Shown in pieces: positions 37,300-48,582 of a stretch of 64,000 bases of DNA. Source of the stretch: Hamiltosporidium tvaerminnensis FI-OER-3-3 (taxonomy: Eukaryota > Fungi > Microsporidia); contig CM061250.1 in assembly GCA_022605425.2 (NCBI GenBank), positions 310,001 through 374,000 of the forward strand, in the 5' to 3' direction. The notes beneath the pieces were generated by a model. The model was not told where the DNA came from, searched no databases, and saw only the letters and a program-made list of their open reading frames with translations. A program made the translations under genes and the position numbers. Positions within the stretch are counted from its first letter, which is position 1, and every line of letters begins with the position of its first letter.

Positions 37300-38620
37300 T
37301 TATTTTTATAATGATGAAAAAGGATGTAACTTAAGATAAAATTCCGATATTTGCGCCGAATTGAAATATCATGGAGGTAACAACAGAAAGAAGATGTATA
37401 TTAGCTTATAATAGTTTCAATTATATATCAACCAAAAAGAATGTTTTAATCAGAATTCGACAAAGCAATTCATCTAATTATTGCCAATAAAAAACCCGCA
37501 AAAGAAGAAACTGTCTTGAAATATAGAAGAAAAACCGAGAATAAGAAATAGCATGAAAAACACAAATATTTGTAGAATAAAACAATTAGAAATTCCAAAA
37601 TACAAATATTTTTTAAATTAAACTATACATTTATCATTAAAAATGAATGATTTTTAGGTTCAAAACCAATACAGTATCGTTTTATTTCCAAAATTTCTTA
37701 TAGTCTTTAAATTTTTAGAAGATTATAAATAACTTCTAATTTACAATGGCTTTTTTATGTTCAATGAATTTACTGGCCATTAATTTTCAAAATCCACTTC
37801 AGATTGACTTATAAATAAGTAAGGATGAGTTCTTATATTGAAAACAGTGTAAATTATATGCACCATGATTCAGATATTTTAATATTTCTAAATGAACTTC
37901 AATTCCACATTTGATGCTTTGAAACAAATAAACTATTTGAAATTCTAAATTAACCATTTCAATGCAAAAAGAGACATCTTATGCTCATAAAATTTATATT
38001 CCAGATTCATATGTTTTAATTATTAGGGGCAAAGAACAATGGACTGAATATTTGCGGTCATTAAAAAATACTTTTGTTTACCTCTAATTTTGCAAAGGCA
38101 TGGACCTTGTAAATATTCTCATAGCTAATACAATAAATTAGATATTCTATAAATAGCTAAGAAAAAATTACTAAAATTATATTTAAGCTAACATGACAGT
38201 TTAAAAGAAGATTATTTACATTATATATGAACCATGACTTGGCTTTCCAAATAAAATTGATATTTATTGTAAAGCACTTTGATGATTATTGAAAAAATTT
38301 AAAATTTGATTTCAAAACACAACCTTTTTTAAAGTTTCTATGTAGATCACTAATATAATGAAATATAAGCTTTATTTCTCTAAAATATATTTTTTCTTGA
38401 TATATGTTCCCTTGAGAAATTAATTATAGTTCTAGACACCATAATCTAAATTTTCTAGTGGTTGAAATGCCATACTATATCTTCTCTTGGTACACCCAGT
38501 TTGATTTCAGATAGATATCCTCCTTTTACCTACGAAACTAGAATCCAATCTTGAAGCTTGACCAGAAAAATTATTTAAAAAAATAATCTATGACACGGTT
38601 AGCTTTAAAAAATATGAAGA
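37300..38620 (+). pseudogene. Possible IS630/Tc1-like transposase relic
   Basis: HGGNNRKKM (~37370), IVLD (~38425) and a frameshifted PPFxxELNPI-like stretch (~38518-38550). Very weak. Confidence 0.25.
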
Positions 38621-39203
38621 AGCAATGTATTATACTTGGCGGGGTTTAGTATTTTGCCAGAACAAGCTACAAAAATCCCAATATCTAGATAATAGTCCTT
38701 ATTATTCCTCAGAATTTTATTTCAAAAACATTTACTTGGCTGCGTTTGTCTCTTATTTTTTTCTTAAAAGTAATCATGTTTAATTTTTATATTTTATGCA
38801 AAAATAGTTTTATATGACTTAAATATATGTTCTGCATACATATTTAAATCTAAGAGATTTGAATCTATTAAAAGCTAAAATATATATTTCTTAATCTTTA
38901 ATTAAATATGTTTAAATTAACCATAATTAGAAATTGAAATTGAAAATTAAATAAACAAAGAAATATTTTATAACGTAAAATTCTGTTTAATAAGTTATTT
39001 CATTTTATAAACCAAATAAAAATTCAAAGTACTATAAATATTATAAGATTTAAATTTTGTTTTGAGAATTTGATAACAAGAAAATTCATAGATACTAATA
39101 AATAAAATAAATTTCAAGACAAATCTATAAATCCAACTTTTATTCATTTAAAATCATTTTAATTATGTAAAAACTAGAATATAAGAAGATCTTTAATGTT
39201 TAC

Positions 39204-39797
39204 TTATCCATAAGTTTTTTGATTATATAATTCAAGAGTAACTGCTGATAGAAATGCCGGTACAGATTTACCATTTAATAAATATAAGTCTATTTCACGT
39301 TTCCAATTAGCCACAAACTCATTGCTTTTAAGTGTACAGCTATTATTATCATCAATTTCGAAAACAAAAATATCTTCATCATCAAAGGCGTAGGATGAAT
39401 GTAGAATAACATTGTTTTCGTTGAATGTTATTTCATATCCAAGCATTGATTTGGTCACTAAATACATTTTAGCCAATAAAGTCCTTAATTCAAGCATAGG
39501 ATCATTTTTATTATTAATACTGTTTTGTAACAAATTGTTTTCTAAATTTTCTTTTTCTTTAGAAATTTTATTAAAATTATTTTCAAATTCTTCTTTTAAA
39601 AAACCGCCATTATCATCGTTATTCTTAATAATATTTTCTTTATTTTCTAGACATAATTCGTTTTTCTTGATAGCTTCTTGCAAAGAAAAATGTATTTCTT
39701 TAAGTTTTTGGATTAAATTTGTGGGAATATGAAATTCATAACTAACTATAAAATCGTTAAGAGAATTTAAAGGTATTTCGAAAGCGTTATAGATCAT
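39204..39797 (-). CDS. MAD1: Spindle checkpoint protein MAD1-like (short coiled coil + C-terminal RWD domain)
   Basis: MLGYEITF..VILHSSYA..DIFVF..SVPAFLSAVTLELYNQKT is characteristic of the Mad1 C-terminus. CCC lies upstream of the ATG. Confidence 0.8.
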   Translation of the reverse strand: MIYNAFEIPLNSLNDFIVSYEFHIPTNLIQKLKEIHFSLQEAIKKNELCLENKENIIKNNDDNGGFLKEEFENNFNKISKEKENLENNLLQNSINNKNDPMLELRTLLAKMYLVTKSMLGYEITFNENNVILHSSYAFDDEDIFVFEIDDNNSCTLKSNEFVANWKREIDLYLLNGKSVPAFLSAVTLELYNQKTYG

Positions 39798-42700
39798 TTA
39801 GGGTGACCTTAGAATTATTTAAATATAAAAAATTTTAGACAACTTTTTTAAAAGTAAAAATTTTTTAACTGACGTTTTACTCCAATTTAAATACAGTCGT
39901 TAAACCAATGAAAACGAACTTGATTCTATTTTTAGCAAAGAACAGAAATTAAAAGTTAAGGTTACTATCAAAATAGTTCATTTGTATTTGGTTTGAAGGC
40001 CTTTTTAATCTCAAATTAAAAATTTAATGTATTACGTTGGTTTTTGTAGTATGTTTGAGCACTTAAGAGTATAAAAACATGATGGTAAATAAAATAAATT
40101 ATTAAGAATCTTTAATATTATCTAATATACAGAGATTTCTTCTATCTTAATTTATCAGACCCAGAATCAATCGCGTTAGATGGATCTGGGAAGTAAGATT
40201 TTACATAATCAATATTTTTATTAGTATATAACATATAAAATATATTTAAAACATTCTTGCAATATTTTTTTGACATTTTTAGACATTCTAAGATGCGACA
40301 AAAAAATATCTTCTAGACAAGATTGCACAATTTCGAATAAAATAAGGAAAAATAAAATTCTTGAACTATATAGCTATCCTACATGTTAAGTAGTTCATAA
40401 ATAATTTTACTTGTCAAATATATGATTGGAAAAAAGAATAAAATAACAAAAGAATTTATATAGCGAATGTACAGAACAAGTGGTTCGCTGTCTTTTTGTA
40501 TCATAAGATTGGGTTGAGAAGCGGATTTCCTGTGTACACAATTAAAATTATTGTTACTGTCAACTGCCAGCTACGTCCTTTAAATTTAGTGCATGGGTTT
40601 TTGAAGGGAGATATTGCACAATCGAAAGAATTCTAGAATTCCTATACCCATCCGATTTCCGGGTCTCACACTAACATTTCAAGTCCGAGTTATTTCAATC
40701 GAACTTAATGAGAATATAAATTCTTAACTATGAGACTAGTTTCTTACTCACGACGCCCAAAGACTTCTGATTGCCTTTCTATTCTCACCAATACCCGACT
40801 TGCATGGGAAATTCCTTTTACTCATTCAAAGAATTCGGAGTTTCCGACATTTAAATACGCAATCGCGGTTCGTATCCTAAAAAAATTCTATTTCAAGCAT
40901 ATGAACTAGTAACACTGTGTTATATATGGCGCGTTCATTAGTCAATCAGATCTGTTGAAGATTCTAGACCTATTTTTTTCAGCCGACTTTCGCAGTTTAT
41001 GTCGTGACTTAATTTCGAATGAAGCGGGTGTTCTTTGGACATGAGTCGAGGGGGTAAGCCTGCCAGTAATCACACCGTGAGACATTTTCTACATACTTCA
41101 TGCGATAGATTATGAGCCTTATAAGGGTTCACGTAAAGAGATTTTTAAAGTACAAATAAACCTTGATATATCTATTAAATCAGCGTTGCGTTGAAAAACT
41201 GAAACCGAATTCTCAGATCGTCGTAAGATAGATCTTGCGCCTTTCAGTATTCTCTTTGAGAAAAACTTTTCAAAGTCAAGTCTTTTCTGTGCAGAAATAG
41301 TTTTAATTTTTATTCCAACACTTCTAACATTATTCTTACGGCCGCCTTTTTGTGATCACACCCGAATTGGTGTGCATTTAACGCATATGAAGCCTTTTCT
41401 GTTTTTGAAAACTTTAAATTTAGTGGTCTTGTAGATATAGACTGGTTTGTACGAAAAATTTTAGATTCTACAAACATCAGAGTTATAAGATTCACTAAAG
41501 GGCCTTGGTTACATACCTTGGTTTTATATTTAGTACAAAATACACGAAAAAACATTTATAGAGACCCTTTTTGTTGCATTCATATTCAACACCATATATG
41601 ATATTTAAAATCGGCTAAGGGAATCATCTTTTGGAATTTGTCTGTAGTTTTCTTCGAACAAGCGTTCGGAATTCGCAGCAAACATCGTCACAAATAACCA
41701 TCATCAGTTTATACCATAGTTGTAAGAATGCTCCCAGCCCTCCTTTCCGTGAAATTCCTTATTTTGCAGAATATTATTGACTTTTAGAGGTCTTTGCTTT
41801 GAGATGCAGATACAGTATTTGGCCTTTTTTTGATTACAATGTAATCAAACGAGCTGTTTTCGTTGCAAATAAAATTTATAAGCACGCTTTATATAGACAG
41901 TATTTTTAGCATAGGCTTTCCTCGAACCGGCAGGTTTCGCTAGGCTTTATTTTTAAATTTGACATCGGTCGTTACACAATAGTATTTTCGTGTTTGTAAC
42001 TGTAGCAAACGCCGGACTCATTTAAGTCGAAATTACATTAAATATCAGAATTTTTTGTAATTTGTGAGTATATCAAAAGTTATACATTCATGTGAATGTT
42101 CTGACCCGCAACCGGGCTTAGTTTCTTTACCAAAATGCTCAGAAGTAAAATCTTATCTAGTCCCCATCATTGACTCAGATAGACTTTAAAAACTTTCAAA
42201 ATGTTATAAAACAACAAAAAATTTTTTATTTTACGATGCTAAAAAATTTCTTGTATGAGATGGACTTTTGAGGAATAAACTAATTGGAAGAAATGATATC
42301 AATCGCGAGTTCTACAAGAACCGCATAAAATTTACGCGATAGAGATAATCCGCAAAAGTGAAGCGCCAATAGCAAATTTTACATATACTATTGATAGTTC
42401 TCTAAATTAAATATAGATTTTATAAACTGACTCATAGAATCGAACTCTTCTTTGATACCGAATGAAATAAAATATGAGTCTTATAACTAAGCAATGAATA
42501 TAAATCTTTCAATAAAAAATTTTCAAAATAAAAAAAACCGACCAAATATAGAAAATTAACGACTAAAAAACAATTTTCTAAGCTCTTTGTTTGATTACTA
42601 TGAATATTAAACTCTGTATAGTTTGAAAATCTTAAAAATTTCAAAATGTACATTTCCTACAATAAAATAATATTTAGAATATTTAAATGGACACTCTACA

Positions 42701-42910
42701 AATAAAATAAAATTTATGTTCAAATAAAATATTTTTATAAAATTCAATCGGTTCTTAGAAACAATAAAAATGTTTTAAACATTCATTCTTTCCTACTCAA
42801 TACATTAACCTCCTTAATATCATAAATAATTTACACTTATCTCCTTTAATTCAAATATTTAAATACAATTAGAACGATGAATATTTTATAACAAAAAACC
42901 CTTTTAAAAA

Positions 42911-43615
42911 ATGAAAGATATCTATTCTCAAGAACAATATCAAAAATTTTTAGACAGAAAAAAAGAGAAAAAAGAGGAAGGACAATCAGACAGTGCACAG
43001 AGTAGTATAGATGAAGAGATTAAAAGAAGAGCAGAAGAATTAGAAGCAGAGAATTATGATGTAGCCAAACAAGCACGTATGAAGTTAGAAGCATCTGGTA
43101 CACAACAAAAAGATACGACCGGGCGACTTAAGTCGCAAGGAGAAAAATTAAGAAATATTAAAGGTGAAGCTATTGAAGTTCATGAAGGCGCTGTGAAAGG
43201 ATCAAAGATTACCAAAGACATAAAACGAGAAGGAAAGCTTTTTGGGTTTCATGTACCACTTATCGGAAAAATCAAGCATCTTTTTAGTTCGGATCGAAAA
43301 ATAGAAAAAGAAGTAGAAGTAGAGAAAGAAAGACTCAAACATAAAAAAAATCGAAGTACTGAAAGAATTCAAGAAATTAGTTCAGATGATGAACATTTTA
43401 ATCAAAATAGTGATGACGAGGTTGTTAAAGGAGAAGGAATGACAAATAAAGAATTGTATAAAATATCTAACAAATTAAAAGAAATGAATTCAGAAGCAGA
43501 AATTCAAAAAAGCGAATTAAAAAAACAAAAAGGCGACATAAAAAAAATATCAAAAGTAAATGAAAATTCTGAACAAATTATGGACAGAACAACAGAGGAA
43601 TTAAAAAAAGTTTAA
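42911..43615 (+). CDS. Sec9/SNAP-25-like Qbc t-SNARE
   Basis: Two heptad-repeat SNARE-like motifs (RLKSQGEKLRNI; ELKKQKGDIKKI) joined by a linker, with no TM anchor. CCC lies upstream of the ATG. Confidence 0.75.
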   Translation: MKDIYSQEQYQKFLDRKKEKKEEGQSDSAQSSIDEEIKRRAEELEAENYDVAKQARMKLEASGTQQKDTTGRLKSQGEKLRNIKGEAIEVHEGAVKGSKITKDIKREGKLFGFHVPLIGKIKHLFSSDRKIEKEVEVEKERLKHKKNRSTERIQEISSDDEHFNQNSDDEVVKGEGMTNKELYKISNKLKEMNSEAEIQKSELKKQKGDIKKISKVNENSEQIMDRTTEELKKV

Positions 43616-44649
43616 AACAAGAAATTTTATTCACAGAAAAAGAATTTTAAATTTTTATTTTTAGACAAATAATTTACCATTTTCAGATAATCAAGATAAG
43701 AAAATATTTTTTAATTTTGAAATGAACATTTAAATATTAGAATGATTCTTTAATCACAATTCTAAATACACAAACATAACATACTTTTTAAATAAAAATG
43801 AATCTTAAAATCTTTTCTTTATATAGTCCAAAATATTTTCGATTAGAGAATACATTTTTATGTTTTAATATTTATATCTTGTCTTGTTACTTTATTCTGC
43901 TTTTATTTTAGTTATTCTTTTCTTTATCTTGAATAGAAGCTTTGATTTTTTTTACTAACACATCAAAGAAAAAAAATTTAGAATTTATTTAGTTTAAATT
44001 TTCGTATTCATTATCGTGTATGTATTAAAGTATGGTTGTTCAGGTATTTTTTTCAATGCAAAAATACATAGGATCTGCTCAAACACTTCATCTATCTATA
44101 GATTTTAGAATATAAAAATATTGTGTCTAGAAATTTCTATTCTTGATCATGAAATCTTAGAGTCTTTTACTTGCTTTCCCATCGTATACTTGCCAGCCAA
44201 TTTAAACCTTATAAATTAAAAGTAAATGTTTTGAAAGACATTGATTCAGATTCATTTACTTTTCTTTTTTTTTGGTTTAGTTAAAATATAGACCGAGATT
44301 GTAAAAACCAACACTGAGACAAAAGTTCAGATATTACCTGCATCTGATCACCAACAGTTTTTTTAGAGCATGTGTTCTTTTAATAAACCAATAAATTATT
44401 TTGAAAGAAAATTATGATTATAGATAATTTGCATATGAAATTGTAATACAAAGAAAATTAATTATTTTTTTAAATTTTTTCTTAATACGATACAGATTTT
44501 TTATTATTCTATTTCAAAACTTCGAAAGAAAACACCAAAATATGTAGCATAACCTGTAATTAATGATATTATTATATTTAAGATTTTTAGCCAATAATTT
44601 CTTGAGATTGTGGATCCACTTTGATTATTTACTTAAATAATCCGATCCT

Positions 44650-47450
44650 CTTATAACTCTCGGTTTTGAGGTTAAACGACTTGAACGCCAAAGTATTCTG
44701 TTGTTGGTCAATGTTCCTAGAATTTTCTAAGCCATTTTTCTTTCATGGGTAACGGGTTTTATTGAGTTAATCCATTTCAGCCTTGATATCTCTTGTCGTT
44801 TTCATTCACATCTTGCTTCTAATGTTTTTTGAGATTTCATTTATTTTCCGTTCTTTTCATATGCCCGAAACAACACTATTTTTGCCTATCTATCTCCTAA
44901 AAAAACAATTCTAGTTAAAGATTTGCCTAATTGTCGAATTTCTGGCTCGGAATCTTCGATTTTTCATTAATGTACGTCTTTTAAATGACATAAAATCAGT
45001 TTAGTCTACTACATCTGTTTAAGAAAATGCAGAGAACTCGTATTCATATGTCAGGGTAAGTACATAAAATGTGAGATTATTCATTCATCTTAGTTCTAGG
45101 AGATAACCTTAGCGTACCCAAAACTAGTTAAATAAGTGTCCAAACAGTCTTATAGTAGCCCCATCCTAACATCAAGATCTTTTTCAAGTCTTAAATCAGC
45201 ATTTAGGGTTTTACAAAGTATTCAAACTTTTCATTCTGTTTTAAAAGGCAGTTTGGCGATCTAACTACGTGTAACATTCTTGGCTTAGATATCACCACTG
45301 TTTTTATTTTTGTTTTATTTATCCCCAATCCTCATTTTCTTAGTTTTGCATTCTATATTTCTAAAATTTCTTGTAAATTATTGTGGGTTTGCAAGCAAGA
45401 CATGAGGTCGAAATATGAATTTGCTCGTAACTCAACTTCTGTCAAGGCCTAATATTCTAGCTTGTTCTGTTTAGATTTTTTTTGCATTCTTTCATTATAT
45501 CGCCCAGTAGAATGATAAAATCTAAGTTCCAAACCTGTTAATAAATTCTTAAACCAAAGAAATTATAAAGTTCCCCTATGATGAGTTCTCAGCTCTCAAT
45601 TAGTTTGGAATATCGGCTTATGCTTTCTATTCACGCGATATAAATATTTCATACACTATGTGATAAAACAACAAAGATCAGACCACTAATCGCTATAAAA
45701 TAATTTCTCTAGATCTACAAAGCAAGTATAAGTATTTATACCTGATTCGGTGTTCAGTCTGTTACCTGTCTTGGTATAAATATTAGATTTTGGAGGTGGT
45801 AGTTGTTTCAAAACCAAATTATCTTCTTCTAAATGATGTTCTACTTGTTTTTTAGGTTTTTTGTTCCAATTATTAAGTAAGTTTTTTAAGGACACTTAGC
45901 AATATCGTTTCTCAATAGATATGACATCGACTGTGGTCGTTTTCATCAGATATTAAAGTTATAAAGGTATCTTGCAGTCTCTTGGTATAGCGGTTTTCCT
46001 TTAAGCCATTCTATCACATAGAAAGACACTTTTTCCTGGATTCGCTTATGTATTTTTAAAAAATATTGATTTAAGCATTCTTCTTTCAGGGCATTTTCAT
46101 TCATATTTTTTCTTATGGCTTTTGTGTTATTTTCTTTAGCTATTTCATCCCAGTTTTCTTTATTTCTTGTCTAATTACGTTTATAGTTTTACTCTTAGTT
46201 TACATATTTCCGATTGAGATTTAACAATTTTGAAACTATTTCCATATTTTGCCATAAATCGTCTTTCATCTTTTAAAACTTACTCTGTTGTAAAAAAACA
46301 TTTTAGCGGATATCATTGTTTTTTTGCATTTTCTTCAGAACTTATAGAAGAGCTTTTGATCTTCTGTAAAATTTTGTTGATACAGCTTTCGAACTCTTAG
46401 CGCCTGCTTTTTTCTCCTATGACGATGTTGTAAACGTTCAATTATTGAGTTTTATAATCCTGGTATGTTTCCTCATAGTTTTTGCTACATATAACTTTTA
46501 ATACTCTTCTTTTCTTTTATTTATATTTTGATAAATTCTGACTACCATATTTTCGTCTTAACATTTTAGCAAAATTCTGATTTCCGGAACGCTTACTCTG
46601 CCGCATTTAATATTTTAGCTTCGAATATATCAAGCGTCTCTTTCAAGTCCTCTAATTACATTTTGCCACCTTGTATTTATTTTTTTCAGTGATAAGATCG
46701 TCAATTATGCTTGGTTCTCTAAGATTTTTAGCTCAGGGATCAAAATTTTTGCTTTAAAGGGTTTTGTTATTTTGATTTCGTATTTTTTTGCATTCTTAGT
46801 GCATATTAGTCATCTTTTTTCAGAACTAGTAATTGATGATTGAATCCTATTTAGAGTCATCGATCACATTAGAGTCTCTGTATATTGACTGATCTCTTCC
46901 ATTCACATGAATTTATTGATTCTCGACTTCTTGTCATGTGAGTTCAGCTTTAGTAGAATTTTTAACTTCTTTACGTGGAAATATCATAAATGGTGATTAT
47001 CATAACGTTGCAGTCTGAAATGCAATACTCTAGATCAGTTCTCATATCTAAATCCTTATCGTATGCGCAATCCATAATTCTAAATCTTCTAGTTTGTTGC
47101 TTAGTCGTCGATTTAGGCATCACAGCAGCATTCAATTTTGTATAAATTCAACCAATTAGGTTTGATGGTGTTCATAGAATTCTTAATTCAAAACGTTCAT
47201 ACTGGGTGTATAAACTGTCACCAATGTTCTATCTGATAAAGATTCTTTTATAAACTTCTCATTCTTTGTTGATCAAATACACCCACATATATTATTCAAC
47301 TCAGCTTCTGAAATTGGAAATCAAATCCCAGCTTTTGTTATTTGATTTATCAGGTCAGCAGAATACAAAATAAATAAACCATCCTTTTTTGTTTATCATT
47401 ACTGTCGTTTCTTTTTAGTTACAGTCATTGTGAGATATTTCACATTTTTT
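44650..47450 (-). pseudogene. Decayed APE-RT non-LTR retrotransposon (RTE-like)
   Basis: Collinear minus-strand fragments: VYxP (~47205), LNAAV (~47125), DCN..DH (~47000), INTYTCFVDLEK (ORF 45686-45895), VLLA..NLQEIL..KTKKM (~45335-45400) and LKW (~44775). Confidence 0.65.
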
Positions 47451-47856
47451 TGCTCATTATATCCACAAGTTAGTCTATTTTACTAGTCAAGCCTTCGATA
47501 TATCATGTTCTGATGGCTATAGGTTTATAAGACTAGATCATTGAGTTTATTGTCAGTTCATTATTTTACCATTTAGGTTTTTTGATCTATTAGATTTCGG
47601 GACTCTAGCAGATTTGTCAATAGATCTTTGGCTCGGGGATAAAGGCGCTTTCTCAAATCTCCAAGCTTATAATTATATTGTAATATTGAACCCTAAACGA
47701 TTGTTTAGCTTTTGCAGCGATCACGCGACAACCAAGAATTCTCCCAGGTTGTGACAGAGTAGGTATCTTCGAGTCCTCTTGAGATGAGTGAATTAGTTTG
47801 TAATACAAGTTGAATTCTCTATAAGTAAATACATTTTTAGGACCTTTGAGTTCGAC

Positions 47857-48582
47857 GGAAGGAGGATAACACAATAAAAAAACTTTCTGCTTGGCAATGA
47901 GAGTGTGTAATTAGTGTAAAGATCATTGTTTTGATTTTTTGTGAAAGAAAACCTCACTACATCTTCGGTTGTTGTATGAGAGTTTGTTGAGGAACAGAGG
48001 TCTACGAAAAAGTGAAACCTTTTCTAGAAATTAATTTGTAGTTTTTTATGTAACTAGCGCGCAGACCGCAGCTGAAAATGTAGGCAATTGCTATGTAAAA
48101 GCAGTGAAACCAAGCCTTGCCCACTCGGGTTAGAAGACTATGCGCCTGGGAGATATAAAAATTAAAACCATTATAAAGCCGGGGGAGCTAAGTAGCAGGT
48201 TATACCTGTTGGTATGACATTGCACTGTCTAGGTGGACCCCATGTAAATCTCTGAAATATATCTTAGCTAGAAGTTTATTGGGTTCAGAAAGTGTAGAGT
48301 AAGTGGGAATGCTGCATAGTCTTGGGGGAGCCCAGGGGGGGCTTCGGCCTTCGATCACACTCCATGCAACGGACATTAACGAACTCCGGGCAACTGCCTC
48401 GCCTAGTAATTAGGTTCTACACACCTGGTAGATGAAAGGCTTTGGGACGTAGGTATCGCAGGGGTTACCGATGGAGTGTTGGGGTAGCAGTCTTTTATGT
48501 TAAACCCAGAACTGCGTTAATGTCATGAAAACAAATATAACACTCGCCAATATTGTAAAAAGATGTGATATTTTTAAATTAA
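47857..48582 (+). mobile_element. ~720-bp dispersed repeat, copy 10 (young, full length)
   Basis: The 3' two-thirds is nearly identical to copies 3, 7 and 9. The 5' third carries variant blocks partly shared with copy 7. Confidence 0.95.

Noticed and set aside
40470-42185. Degenerate rRNA gene
   Set aside because: No universally conserved SSU/LSU motif could be found on either strand.
48130-48325. Group I intron-like R/S (GACTA...TAGTC) and Q-like CCGCAGC motifs in the repeat
   Set aside because: The P/Q order is wrong, and GACTAT is GACTTA in most other copies. The element is also not inserted in a conserved host gene.
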